From: Chloroflexota bacterium
GTDB taxonomy: Bacteria; Chloroflexota; Anaerolineae; Ardenticatenales; JAADHH01
DNA: 56,680 nt
NCBI GenBank assembly: GCA_013151955.1
Contig: JAADHH010000013.1
Coordinates: 1 to 56,680, forward strand
Direction: 5' to 3'
The number at the start of each line of letters is the position of its first letter. Positions within the stretch are counted from its first letter, which is position 1. The notes below the pieces were generated by a model that was not told the DNA's origin, ran no database searches, and saw only the letters and a program-made list of their open reading frames with translations. Below are positions 9,671 through 19,541 of this stretch, piece after piece. The translations under genes and the position numbers were made by a program.

Positions 9671-9680
9671 AGGAGACCAC

Positions 9681-10355
9681 ATGTCCACCATTCTTATCGC
9701 CGATGACGAAGATAACATCTTTCAATTGGCAAAGCTATACCTGGGCAAAGAAGGCTTTCACGTTCTCCATGCCGCCGACGGAAAGAAAGCGCTGCAGCGC
9801 GTAGCCAATGACCGGCCCGACCTCTTGATCCTGGACATCATGTTGCCGGAAATGGACGGCTGGGACGTGTGCCGGCAACTGCGACAAGAAAACAACGACA
9901 TCCCGATCATCATGCTGACCGCCAGAGACGACGACATAGACAAAATCGTCGGTCTCGAACTGGGCGCAGACGACTACGTCACCAAACCCTTCAATCCGCG
10001 CGAGTTGGTCGCCCGCGTCAAAGCCCTCCTGCGCCGTGTGGACACCGGCCCCAAAGTCCCCCCCGCCGTCGACCTGGGCGAGTTACACCTGGACTCAGCA
10101 CGACGAGAGGTACGCATTGACGATCAGCCGGTAGCCCTGCGGCCCAAAGAGTTCGACCTCCTTTGGGCTTTCGTCCAAAACCGGGGACTCGTACTCAGCC
10201 GGGACCAACTGCTCGATTCGGTGTGGGGATACGATTTCTACGGCGACACGCGCACCGTAGACGTCCACGTCGCCAGCCTTCGAGAGAAGCTAACCCATAG
10301 CGGGGTCATCATCGAAACCGTTTGGGGCATTGGCTACAAGCTGTCTGCGGATTAA
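9681..10355 (+). CDS. OmpR/PhoB family response regulator
   Basis: 'ILIADDE', 'ILDIMLP', 'KPFNPREL', winged helix 'RTVDVHV..LREKL', 'VWGIGYK'; GAGGAG RBS. Confidence 0.95.
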   Translation: MSTILIADDEDNIFQLAKLYLGKEGFHVLHAADGKKALQRVANDRPDLLILDIMLPEMDGWDVCRQLRQENNDIPIIMLTARDDDIDKIVGLELGADDYVTKPFNPRELVARVKALLRRVDTGPKVPPAVDLGELHLDSARREVRIDDQPVALRPKEFDLLWAFVQNRGLVLSRDQLLDSVWGYDFYGDTRTVDVHVASLREKLTHSGVIIETVWGIGYKLSAD

Positions 10356-10361
10356 CCTGTC

Positions 10362-11786
10362 GTGTTCCGAACCCTGCGCCACAAACTGATCGTATCCTAC
10401 GTGTTGATCGCGCTGCTTTCCCTGCTCCTTTCCGGGAGTGCCGCAGCGTGGCTCCTACAAAATAGCCAGGAAGAATCGGCTGTGCGCAGTTTGCGCATCC
10501 TGGCCCTTTCTGTTTCCGTACGCCTGCCCCGGCTCCCCCAGCGACAGGTAACCCTCACCTTCCTCCTGCCACGCCTGCGCCAGGAGGCAGCAGACGCCGG
10601 CGTACGGCTTGTCGTGCTCACCGCTAACGGGCAAGTGCTCGCCGACACCGATACATCTTCCAATTTGCAGGGCGAACAAATTCCCTTTGCTTTGCGCACA
10701 GACCTGCGTCGCCCCGACGTGAGACGGCGACAGGTGAAGGGGCAAGACCTATTTTTCGTTGTCCTCCCCCTCGGTGCCCGCGCCCGGCCGGCACCGCCCG
10801 ATCAACCCAGTTTCGTCGCCCTCGTTGTGCCCGCCGCAGACATTGTGGATACCTGGCTGGAACTGGCCCCCTCTCTGTTGCTCGCTTTGGCCCTGGCGCT
10901 GGTCGTGTGCATTGCCGTAGGAGGAATCTTGTCGCGGGCCATCACACGACCGCTGGAAGAAATGACCCACGCCTCGCAGGCCATCGCCGCCGGTGATTAC
11001 GAACAGAAAATCGCCACTTCCGGCAATGACGAGGTGGGCCGGCTTGCCGAGGCCTTCAACCACATGGCCCTTGAAGTACACCGGGCCAGGAAAACCCAAC
11101 GCGATTTCCTGGCCAATGTCTCCCACGACCTGAAAACACCCTTGACCTCCATCCAGGGGTTCTCCCAAGCCCTGCTCGACGGCTCTGCCGATTCCCCCGA
11201 AGACCGCCAAAGAGCAGCGCGCATCATCCACCAAGAATCGGAACGCATGAACCGGCTCGTCGGTGAATTACTCGAACTTTCCCGGCTTGAATCGGGCCAG
11301 ATTCCTTTTCGGCAAGACCATGTCGATGTCGGAAATCGCCTACAACATTGCGCCGAAAAATTCCGCCCGCAAGCGGAACAAGGCCATGTCGATTTGCAAA
11401 TCGACCTACAGGCCTCGGAGCTGGCGATCACCGGAGACGCAGACCGCCTTGATCAGGTGCTGACCAATCTCGTGGATAACGCCCTCCGCTATACCCCCGC
11501 CGGTGGCCAAGTGCTTTTGCGGGGAAACAGGGAACGGACTGCACAAAATGAAACCTGGGTCGTCATTCGCGTGAGCGACACCGGCAAAGGAATCTCACCG
11601 GATGACCTCCCCCACGTCTTCGAGAGATTCTACCGCGTGGATCGCGCACGCACAAAAGAGGGAGGTACCGGCCTCGGTCTGGCCATCGCCCGCGAAATCG
11701 TGCAGACGATGGGCGGCTACATCGCCGCCCAAAGCCAGTTGCACCAGGGCACGACCTTCACCGTCCGCCTGCCGGCGGCGGAGTGA
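10362..11786 (+). CDS. HAMP-domain sensor histidine kinase
   Basis: Two TMs, HAMP, H-box 'SHDLKTPL', N-box 'NLVDNALRY', G-boxes 'DTGKG' and 'GTGLGL'. Confidence 0.95.
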   Translation: MFRTLRHKLIVSYVLIALLSLLLSGSAAAWLLQNSQEESAVRSLRILALSVSVRLPRLPQRQVTLTFLLPRLRQEAADAGVRLVVLTANGQVLADTDTSSNLQGEQIPFALRTDLRRPDVRRRQVKGQDLFFVVLPLGARARPAPPDQPSFVALVVPAADIVDTWLELAPSLLLALALALVVCIAVGGILSRAITRPLEEMTHASQAIAAGDYEQKIATSGNDEVGRLAEAFNHMALEVHRARKTQRDFLANVSHDLKTPLTSIQGFSQALLDGSADSPEDRQRAARIIHQESERMNRLVGELLELSRLESGQIPFRQDHVDVGNRLQHCAEKFRPQAEQGHVDLQIDLQASELAITGDADRLDQVLTNLVDNALRYTPAGGQVLLRGNRERTAQNETWVVIRVSDTGKGISPDDLPHVFERFYRVDRARTKEGGTGLGLAIAREIVQTMGGYIAAQSQLHQGTTFTVRLPAAE

Positions 11787-11789
11787 TTC

Positions 11790-11895
11790 GAAATGATGAA
11801 TGCGGAATGATGAACGGCGTAAAACGTGGATACAATCGAACGTGCTCACGCAATACGCAACACGGTTTTCACACAACACGTTTTACGCATTACGC
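11790..11895. repeat. Heptamer-type intergenic repeat (partial family A relative)
   Basis: 11790-11827 matches 9491-9528 with 3 mismatches in 38 bp, followed by cacgcaa/tacgcaa/cacg units. Confidence 0.7.
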
Positions 11896-11917
11896 CCTAC
11901 ACACCCTCTGGCGACTG

Positions 11918-13240
11918 ATGACTGACCACTGGCTACTGCTCACCCCCCTCTGCTTCCTGTTGGCCCTCCTCATCGCCGGCTGTACGGCTGCGTCGCCGGC
12001 TGCGCAACCAAGCCCGGCCATCACGCGCACGCCGCGACCGACCTTCACACCCCGTGCAACACCGACATCCACACGCCTACCCACGATGATCGCGACCCCT
12101 TCGCCCACGCCGGCAAACACCCCCCTGGCCATCGGCGAACCGGAGGGCGAGACGGCGCGCGTCCGCATTTTCCAGGAAGAGGTGGCCGCCCGGCGCACCG
12201 CGACCGCACAGGCCCGCAACGCCGCCACTGCGACTCCCCCTGCCTCGCAAATCACCGGCGCGGACAACGGATTGAAGGCATCGTCCGTGCCACACGAACA
12301 GGGACAACGGCTGGTGCTGGGCAACTATTTCGTCTGGTACGACGCGGCAGGGTGGGACGGCTGCAACATCAGCGACGGCGACCGGCCGCAGATACCCTAC
12401 AACTCGGACGACCCCGAAGCGATGCGTCGCCACGTCGGGCAAGCGCGTGATGCCGGCCTGGACGGATTCACCGCCCAGTGGTTTGCACCAGGGGAGCGCA
12501 CCGACCAAAATTTTGCCCGGCTGCTCGATGTCTCGCGTGGACAGGACTTCCATTCGACGGTCGTCTTCCTGCGTCACATCTGGCCCGGCGCCCCCCGCCC
12601 GACGACCGCAAACGTGGCCGATGCGCTGCGCTACATTTTGGATCGCTACGGCGGCCACGACAGCTTCTTGCGCTGGAAGGGGAAGCCGGTCATCTTCTTC
12701 GCCGACATCTATCGCGTGCCCCACGCCGGCGGACAAACAGCACAACAGGCCTGGCAAGCTATCCGCCAGCAAGCAGACCCCCAACATCAAAGCTGGTGGA
12801 TTGCCGAAGGGTTGGACCCCTCCTATCTGGCCGTTTTCGACGGGCTGTACGTCTACAAAGTCACGCACGCCGCATACCCCGACGACTACCGCAAAGATTC
12901 GCGCTGGGCACAGAACGTGCGCCGCTGGGAACAGCGCACCGGCCAGACCAAACTCTGGATCGCCACGCTCATGCCCGGCTGGGACGACCGGCGCGCCGGA
13001 TGCCGGCCCAATGTGCGCGTCCCCTCGCAGCCACACAAACGCGACCGGGAAAACGGGGCCTTCTACCGGGCCACGTTCGACGCCGCCCTGCAAAGCAACC
13101 CCGATTGGCTGTGGATCAACAGTTTCAACGAATGGGTCGAGGGGACGTACATCGAGCCGAGCGCACACTACGGAGACCGGTACTTGCAAGAAACAAAGCA
13201 GCTCGTTCTAAGCTGGAAGAAAGAAGATCACGGGCGATGA
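11918..13240 (+). CDS. Lipoprotein with PT-rich linker and a GH99/GH71-like glycoside hydrolase domain
   Basis: Lipobox 'LIAGC'; 'YFVWYD', 'ARDAGLDGF', 'GKPVIFF', 'MPGWDD', 'INSFNEWVEGTYIEPS' (ExxE pair as in GH99). The ORF-track start 11783 lies in repeat DNA, so ATG 11918 was preferred. Confidence 0.75.
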   Translation: MTDHWLLLTPLCFLLALLIAGCTAASPAAQPSPAITRTPRPTFTPRATPTSTRLPTMIATPSPTPANTPLAIGEPEGETARVRIFQEEVAARRTATAQARNAATATPPASQITGADNGLKASSVPHEQGQRLVLGNYFVWYDAAGWDGCNISDGDRPQIPYNSDDPEAMRRHVGQARDAGLDGFTAQWFAPGERTDQNFARLLDVSRGQDFHSTVVFLRHIWPGAPRPTTANVADALRYILDRYGGHDSFLRWKGKPVIFFADIYRVPHAGGQTAQQAWQAIRQQADPQHQSWWIAEGLDPSYLAVFDGLYVYKVTHAAYPDDYRKDSRWAQNVRRWEQRTGQTKLWIATLMPGWDDRRAGCRPNVRVPSQPHKRDRENGAFYRATFDAALQSNPDWLWINSFNEWVEGTYIEPSAHYGDRYLQETKQLVLSWKKEDHGR

Positions 13241-13269
13241 TCAAATATCAAAGACCAGTGTCCAGTATC

Positions 13270-14559
13270 TTACCTGCGCCAGAAGGCCCACCTTCTCCTC
13301 ACCGGTCGTGACCTTCCCAATTCCTGCGCCACAGCATCTAAAATGGCCCACTGTGCTGCCACATTTTCAGGAGCCGGAACCCCCTCTTCGAGCGGCAACG
13401 CCGGATAGGAAACGAACTTCATAACGTGCAAGGCGTTCGGGCTGACCCTTTGCACAAAGCGGGCCGTCTCCCGAACCGAATCCTCGGTTTGCCCGGGCAA
13501 ACCGACCATGACAAAGAGGCGCACGGTCAAACCGATACGCTGCGCCTCGTGGATCACCCTGCCCGCGTGCTCCAAATAACCCGATACGGCCGTCTCAGAG
13601 GGCACACGTTTTAGCGCCACGAGCAACGCCGGGGCCACCGTCTCCAGCCCCAGCTTGATCACACGGCAACCGGCACGCTTCATGGTCTGCAACAGGGGCG
13701 CATCGAAGTGTTCCGGACGGGATTCGCATTCCCACGGCACAGCAAAGCGGCGATCACGCAAAGCATGGCACAACGCGACGACCCGATCACGCTCGCGGGC
13801 GAAGACCGGATCGCGGAAGATCAGGCGGGGGGGGCGAAACCGCTCCGCCAGCCAAACCATCTCGTCTGCCACGCGGCGCGGGTCACGAACGCGGTAGTGA
13901 CGGCCCTGCGCGACCACGTAGGGACAATACACACAGGCCTCCTCGCACCCCCGGCTGGCTTGCAGCGTGTAGAAGGGGTACGCGGGGAGCAAATCCCAGG
14001 CCGGCCGTGGTAGAGAATCGAGAGACTCGAGCCGTCCCTCCTCATCGTAGCCGGAAGCGCCCAGGTCGGCGGGCCAAAGCGGGCCGCACAAACTCTGGGG
14101 CGCATCGAAAAGGGCCTCCACCAAGCGAGGGAAAGCCAGTTCCGGTTCTCCCAGGAGGATGGCACGAGTCGCCCCCGTCGCCTCGATGTCCTGCACCATG
14201 AACCGCGTCGCCGGCCCGAAGGCGACCAGGGGGGTAGCGGGCAACCGCTCGTGCAACCGTTGCAGACAGGCACGATCGGCCGGCCACGTGGCCGGGGAGA
14301 CAAAGACGCCGACCTGTGCCGGATGGTGTGCGTCCACGCGGGCAACCGCTTCGGGCAGGGCCATCCCTCCGGCGACGGCATCCACGATGACGACCGTATG
14401 TCCGGCATCGCGCACAGCGGCCGCCGTGACCGCCAGAGTCTGCGGCGGATAGAAGAAGCCGCTCGGCTCCCTCCGTACAGCGCCCATGCCGGCCGCTCCC
14501 TCGCGGTTGGCGGTCGTGCCCGGCGTTCCGGGAGGATTCAGCAACAGGAGGGGGTGCAC
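13270..14559 (-). CDS. Cobalamin-binding radical SAM protein
   Basis: 'SRGCEEACVYC' (CxxxCxxC); N-terminal 'LLLNPP'/'GEPE' B12-binding-like region; GTG start behind GGAGG, just after the upstream stop at 14562. Confidence 0.85.
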   Translation of the reverse strand: MHPLLLLNPPGTPGTTANREGAAGMGAVRREPSGFFYPPQTLAVTAAAVRDAGHTVVIVDAVAGGMALPEAVARVDAHHPAQVGVFVSPATWPADRACLQRLHERLPATPLVAFGPATRFMVQDIEATGATRAILLGEPELAFPRLVEALFDAPQSLCGPLWPADLGASGYDEEGRLESLDSLPRPAWDLLPAYPFYTLQASRGCEEACVYCPYVVAQGRHYRVRDPRRVADEMVWLAERFRPPRLIFRDPVFARERDRVVALCHALRDRRFAVPWECESRPEHFDAPLLQTMKRAGCRVIKLGLETVAPALLVALKRVPSETAVSGYLEHAGRVIHEAQRIGLTVRLFVMVGLPGQTEDSVRETARFVQRVSPNALHVMKFVSYPALPLEEGVPAPENVAAQWAILDAVAQELGRSRPVRRRWAFWRR

Positions 14560-14561
14560 CT

Positions 14562-16214
14562 TTACCCTCCGTCCGCCGGTGGCAACAAGCGAAACACCAG
14601 GGTGCGGCCCTTGTTGCCCGCCTGATCGTAGACCGCCTCCAACCCGGCCGGCGGATGCGCCGTATCGAGCAGAAAACGGAGGTGTGGTCGCAACACGGTC
14701 AGCTCTCGCGTATCGGTTACCAGATAATCTGCGCCCTGCCGCCGGGCATACGCCAAATAGCGGTCGAATTCGGCGTGGGGCGAAGGCACCCAGCGACGAT
14801 CGGCATACAAGGCCACGGCAATGTCGCGCGTCAGGATGACCGCGTCGGCGGGCGTATTTTGGCGCAGCCACAAGCCGGCCGTCTTGTGCCCAAAGTCGCT
14901 GCTCTGCACACCCTGTTGGAACGTGGCCGGCATGGAGAGAAGGAAATAGGCCAACACCAACACCCCCGGCAGGAAAAAGATCATCCGCTTTCTGCGCGCG
15001 CCACCGACCCAAACCGGCCAGAGGTTACCCAAAGTCGCCACCAACCAATCGCCAAGGGCCACAAGACCGCGGGCCGACCAGATAAGCAGCACGACGAAAA
15101 CCGGGGCGAAGAAGCGCAGCTCGATGTGAAAGGGTAAGAACGTAAACAGCGGCAACAGACCGATGGCCAATAAGGCCTCTCCGCGCAGCCGGCGGCGAGA
15201 CCAGCGATCGGTGAACCAGGCCAGGGCAAGGAATGGCAACAGCAGCAAAGGAAAGGCTGTGCGCCCGATCAAGTCTCCGCGAAGGGTGCGAGCATTGCGA
15301 ACCATCCGCCGCAACAAGCCCTCTGGGTTTGCGGCAACAAGTTGAAACATGTTGCGGTCGAAGCGGTGCGGCGAGAACCAGATAATCTCTTTGCCTTCGG
15401 AGTCGAGGCCGGCGGTAACACGGTCGTACTCGGCAGGGTCGCGGTCTTGCACGGCCCGGCCAATGTCCCAGGTCACGGCCAGCTTGCCGCTGAGGGACCA
15501 GTGGCCGGTCTGGGTGTGGAGGTAAACAACGTAGGGAGCAGAGACGAGCAGAAACGCTGCGATAAAAAGCCCGCCTCCCCCGGCCGCCAGGCGAGGGTTT
15601 TGCGGCCTGTGAAAATGTGCAGACAGAAGCCACCAGAGCAATCCGGCCACAAAAAAGCTCACCGCCTCCGGCCGGGTCAGGTAAGCCAGGCCGAAGGCCA
15701 CGCCGGCCATGCCCATTGCCGGCCACGACTGCCGTTCGTGCGCGGCCAGCAGCAAAGCCAGCCCACCAAAAACGAGAAACAGGTAGAGCGGTTCCGTCAT
15801 CGTACCCCAGTAAAGGACGCTGATCGTGAGGGGCGGGAAGATCGCCAGCAGGGCAAGGGCTGTCCATGCCGTACGCCGGCCATACACCCGTCGGGATAGA
15901 AACCAGACGGGCAGCAGCAAGAGCGCGCCAAAGAGGGCGTATGCCACATCGCTGGCGCGCTCCAGGTCGTGGACGATCAGGTTGAAAAAGCCTGTAACCA
16001 GCGGATAGAGGGGCGTATAATGCACCTCCGGCACCCATCCCGAGGTGAAACCCTGACCGGCCCAGAGGTGCTGGCCCAGCAGCAAGTAGTCCGGCTCGTC
16101 CCATTTGACGACCCGTGGCAGGACAACTGTAAGGAGCAATCGCAGGGCGAACAGCGCGAGTACCCCTCCCAGCAGCCACCTTCTCTCACTTGAGTTCCTC
16201 AGACGAGTCGTCAT
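14562..16214 (-). CDS. GT-C (ArnT/PMT-like, GT39/83) membrane glycosyltransferase
   Basis: 'WDEPDY', 'TPLYP', 'TEPLY', 'YLTRPEA'; multi-TM. Confidence 0.8.
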   Translation of the reverse strand: MTTRLRNSSERRWLLGGVLALFALRLLLTVVLPRVVKWDEPDYLLLGQHLWAGQGFTSGWVPEVHYTPLYPLVTGFFNLIVHDLERASDVAYALFGALLLLPVWFLSRRVYGRRTAWTALALLAIFPPLTISVLYWGTMTEPLYLFLVFGGLALLLAAHERQSWPAMGMAGVAFGLAYLTRPEAVSFFVAGLLWWLLSAHFHRPQNPRLAAGGGGLFIAAFLLVSAPYVVYLHTQTGHWSLSGKLAVTWDIGRAVQDRDPAEYDRVTAGLDSEGKEIIWFSPHRFDRNMFQLVAANPEGLLRRMVRNARTLRGDLIGRTAFPLLLLPFLALAWFTDRWSRRRLRGEALLAIGLLPLFTFLPFHIELRFFAPVFVVLLIWSARGLVALGDWLVATLGNLWPVWVGGARRKRMIFFLPGVLVLAYFLLSMPATFQQGVQSSDFGHKTAGLWLRQNTPADAVILTRDIAVALYADRRWVPSPHAEFDRYLAYARRQGADYLVTDTRELTVLRPHLRFLLDTAHPPAGLEAVYDQAGNKGRTLVFRLLPPADGG

Positions 16215-17746
16215 TTCGCCGCCCTTCCGTACAAGAAGACGTCCGCCGTCTCCACCGGCCCGCGAAACGACCGGTCGGCCTCACGGAGTACGTACGTGCG
16301 GTCGAACGCTGCTTTGATCGCGCGAATTTGGTCGAAGCGAGGGTCGTTCGGGTATGCATCGAGCGGGGCGATGAGCCACACCCGTCCTCCCGGGCCAAGC
16401 GATTTCTGCACAAATTGCAAGGTGGGGGTGATCGTAGCGTGCTCCCACCGGCGGTTGTAATCCAACCACTCGATTTCTTCAACTCGCCGGCCCGGTTGGT
16501 CAGGGAAGGAAACTTGCGGCTGTGTGCCCTGGTAATAATAGTTGAAGGTCGTTGCCAGGTAGTCCGGGGCGATGACGATCACGTCTCCCGGGCGGCTGTT
16601 CTGTTCGACAAAGGCGGCCACTTCGCGCAGGCTGGACGTGGGCTGGCCTATTTCGGGGATCAAAACGCGCGCCCACAGCAGCGCGATGATGGCCACGGTG
16701 ATGACCATCAGGGGGCGAAAGCGCAGGCCAAAGACGCCCCGGGCAAGCAGCAGGCAAAGGGCCGGATAAACCGCCATCGTCGCGTAGGAGGGAACCACGC
16801 CCAACCCGTTGCCGGTCAAGAACACCGCCAGCAGCAGGGGGCCGGCCAGACAGGCCAACACAAGTGTCGGTGCTGCTTTCATATCCAGCCGAAAGGAGAG
16901 GCTCTCGCGGTCACGAACCAGCGAAAAGGCCCCCAGAAAAAAGAGCAACAGCCACAAATAGTAACGCCCGCCGGAGAATGCCAGACCGGTCATTTCGTTG
17001 GCGATGCGGAAGAGATTGCCCACTCGCGACCCCTGGGCAAGCCAACTTCCGGCTACCACCAGGCGCTGATTCTGTTTCAGCAATACCGGCACCCAAGGAA
17101 GATAGCCCAAAACGATCATGACTTCGGAAACGAACCAGGAGCGTATCCCTTTGCGCTCCTCTCGATTCCACAGCAGCCGAAATAGCGACCACACCCCCTG
17201 GCTGGCTACGACGAGCAACGCCCAGTTGTGCGTGTAGAGGGCCAGGAGAGAGAAAACCACGTATGCCCCCCAATCTTTCCGTTGCCCATCTCGCCACGCT
17301 CGATACAGGAAGCCCATGGAGAGCGCTGTGAACAGGGCCAGCAGCGTGTACATGCGTGCCTCGTGCGAGACAGAGACGTGCAGGGGCAGGCCCATACCGA
17401 GTGCGGCAGCCAACAGTCCCGTCCGTGCATCGAACATCTCTCGCCCCAGCCAGAACAGCACCGGAATCACCGCAATTCCGGCAACGGCGGAGATCAACCG
17501 GATTTCCAGCTCCCCACGCCCCACCAGCGGAACCCAAAAGTGAACCAGGAAATGAAAGACGACGGGGGGGTGTCCTCCGTGGATCAAAGCCTGAATGATT
17601 CCTACCGGAAAGGCCTTCAGGGAGACGAAGATTCCCTGCGCTTCATCGCGCCAGAATCCGTAATCGCCCAACCGGTAGAGGCGCAGGAACGCGCCGGCAA
17701 CCGTTAAGATAATTAGAATGGCAAAATCTTGTCTTTTGGTGTTCAT
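16211..17746 (-). CDS. GT-C (PMT-like) membrane glycosyltransferase
   Basis: 'GFWRDEAQ', 'HPPV', 'SHEARMY', 'LYTHNW'; multi-TM. Confidence 0.8.
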   Translation of the reverse strand: MNTKRQDFAILIILTVAGAFLRLYRLGDYGFWRDEAQGIFVSLKAFPVGIIQALIHGGHPPVVFHFLVHFWVPLVGRGELEIRLISAVAGIAVIPVLFWLGREMFDARTGLLAAALGMGLPLHVSVSHEARMYTLLALFTALSMGFLYRAWRDGQRKDWGAYVVFSLLALYTHNWALLVVASQGVWSLFRLLWNREERKGIRSWFVSEVMIVLGYLPWVPVLLKQNQRLVVAGSWLAQGSRVGNLFRIANEMTGLAFSGGRYYLWLLLFFLGAFSLVRDRESLSFRLDMKAAPTLVLACLAGPLLLAVFLTGNGLGVVPSYATMAVYPALCLLLARGVFGLRFRPLMVITVAIIALLWARVLIPEIGQPTSSLREVAAFVEQNSRPGDVIVIAPDYLATTFNYYYQGTQPQVSFPDQPGRRVEEIEWLDYNRRWEHATITPTLQFVQKSLGPGGRVWLIAPLDAYPNDPRFDQIRAIKAAFDRTYVLREADRSFRGPVETADVFLYGRAAK

Positions 17747-17755
17747 TTTGCTTTT

Positions 17756-17857
17756 ATTCAGTATCTTCTCAATAAGTAGGGGCGTACCCTGGCGGTCGCC
17801 CTACGGGGCAGGCGCAAGGCCATGCCCCTACCCCGGATTATTGAGAAGATACATTCA
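17756..17857. mobile_element. MITE-like element: 15-bp TIRs, 5-bp target duplication, internal GTAG REP pair
   Basis: gtatcttctcaataa (17761-17775) / ttattgagaagatac (17838-17852), flanked by ATTCA at 17756-17760 and 17853-17857. Confidence 0.7.
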
Positions 17858-17866
17858 TGAAAGTTG

Positions 17867-17899
17867 AAGGTTGCCAACTTTCCAAAAGTTGGCAACCTT
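17867..17899. repeat. Perfect 15-bp-arm palindrome (REP-like)
   Basis: aaggttgccaacttt-cca-aaagttggcaacctt. Confidence 0.8.
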
Positions 17900-17903
17900 T
17901 TCA

Positions 17904-19541
17904 TTATCCGCCGGCGATATACCGAAAAACGAACAACCTGTTCTCAGGGTCTTCATTGTCCTCGTAAATCTGTTTGAGATCGGGTGGTTGCGTTTCAGAC
18001 ACGAGCAACGGGGCCAACTGCGGTCGCAACTTGCGCACCTCCCGTTCTTCCAGGACGAAGTATTCGACTCCCTTGGCCTCCGCGTAGGGCCGGATTTCCG
18101 GCCAGGTGGCGTTTGGCGTCGGCACCCAACGCGCGGCGTCGGCATGGAAGGCGATGGCCGGGTAGCGTGACATGACCGTGACGCCGGCCGGCAGGTGCGC
18201 CTTCATCCACAGACCGACGCGGCGGTGCGCCGGATTCCACGATCCCAGGCTGGTGTTCGCATCCACGCGAGGAATCATAGCGGCGAAAAAGATGAGCGGC
18301 ACGAGCGCAGGAAGCATCACCAAAGCCAACCGCTGTCTTTGCCCGGCAAATCGCCCCCCCGTCAGTTCTGTGACCGTCTCTCCCAACCATTCTCCGGTCT
18401 CCCGCACGCCGTGTGCTGCCCAGATCAGCAGGGAGGGCAAGGCCGTGGCGATGTATCGCTCCTGGATGAAGAACAGGAGGAAGGCCGTCACCGGCAGGCA
18501 GGAAATGAGAATCAATCCCTCGCCCCGTGCCCGGTGGCGATTCCAGGGACGCCGGAACCAGCCCAAAGCCAGGAAAGGCAAAAGGTAGACCGGCATCATC
18601 CGCGAGGAGACCATCAGGTGAGCGAATTGGGACACATTTCGTTTGAACAGCCGCAAGAAGTCTTGGGGATCGGCCAGGATCGTCTGTACCATGCTGACGT
18701 TGTAACTTTGCCGCGAAAAGAAAAAGACTTCCCGGCCGGTGCTATCCAGCCCCCAGGTCGCTCGGTCGAACGTAGCCACGTCGCTGTAGGCCAGACTCTT
18801 GCTGGTGACGTACGTGACGCCGGCCTTTTCGCTGATCATCCATTCGCCGGTCTCTCCGTGGACGTACACGGCATAGGGCATAAAGAAGAGGGCAAATCCG
18901 GCCAGATAGGCGGCGAACAGGAGAACTTCCGTCCGCGTGAACAACCGCCTTTCCAACAGGCGCACCAGCAAGAAATAGCCTCCCACCGCGACCAGGTAGG
19001 CGATTGCTTCCGGACGGGTGAGGTAGGCGAGGGCGAAGAGCATACCCGCGCCGGCGTAGGCCCACACCTTGCGCGTCTCCAGGGCGAGGAGCGCGGCCAG
19101 CAAACCGGTGTAGATGAACAGGTAGTAGGGAGGCTCGGTAAGCGTGCCCCAATGGATCACGCCGGCGGTGAGTGCGGGGTGCAGCGAGACGAACAGCAAG
19201 GCCAGCACAGCGGTGGGACGGCCATACAACCGTCGCGCCAGCAGGTAGACCGGCACGCCCAAAAGTGCGCCGAGCACGATATACCAAATGCGGCTGGCCA
19301 ACTCCAGATTGTGCGTTATCAGGTAGAGCGTGCCGGTGAGCAGCGGGTAGAGAGGCGTGTGATGGACATCGGAATAGCCGGTGAAGGTGTAGCCGTGGCC
19401 GGTGAGCCAGTTCTTGCCCAGCCAGAGGTAGAAGGGCTCGTCGCCCCACACGACGCGGGTCGGAGAAGCCAGCACCGCGCGCAGGCCGGCGGCCAGGAGT
19501 ACGACGGCCGCTACCAGCCACCATTCCCGTCTCTTACGCAT
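17904..19541 (-). CDS. GT-C membrane glycosyltransferase, paralog of 14562-16214
   Basis: 'WGDEPFY', 'HTPLYP', 'WGTLTEPPY', 'YLTRPEA', 'GLDSTG'; start set at ATG 19541, overlapping the DUF2304 stop. Confidence 0.8.
   Translation of the reverse strand: MRKRREWWLVAAVVLLAAGLRAVLASPTRVVWGDEPFYLWLGKNWLTGHGYTFTGYSDVHHTPLYPLLTGTLYLITHNLELASRIWYIVLGALLGVPVYLLARRLYGRPTAVLALLFVSLHPALTAGVIHWGTLTEPPYYLFIYTGLLAALLALETRKVWAYAGAGMLFALAYLTRPEAIAYLVAVGGYFLLVRLLERRLFTRTEVLLFAAYLAGFALFFMPYAVYVHGETGEWMISEKAGVTYVTSKSLAYSDVATFDRATWGLDSTGREVFFFSRQSYNVSMVQTILADPQDFLRLFKRNVSQFAHLMVSSRMMPVYLLPFLALGWFRRPWNRHRARGEGLILISCLPVTAFLLFFIQERYIATALPSLLIWAAHGVRETGEWLGETVTELTGGRFAGQRQRLALVMLPALVPLIFFAAMIPRVDANTSLGSWNPAHRRVGLWMKAHLPAGVTVMSRYPAIAFHADAARWVPTPNATWPEIRPYAEAKGVEYFVLEEREVRKLRPQLAPLLVSETQPPDLKQIYEDNEDPENRLFVFRYIAGG

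Noticed and set aside
14560-15012. N-terminal 151 aa of the 580-aa radical SAM ORF
   Set aside because: Overlaps the upstream GT-C in another frame; the RBS and GTG at 14559 give a normal start.
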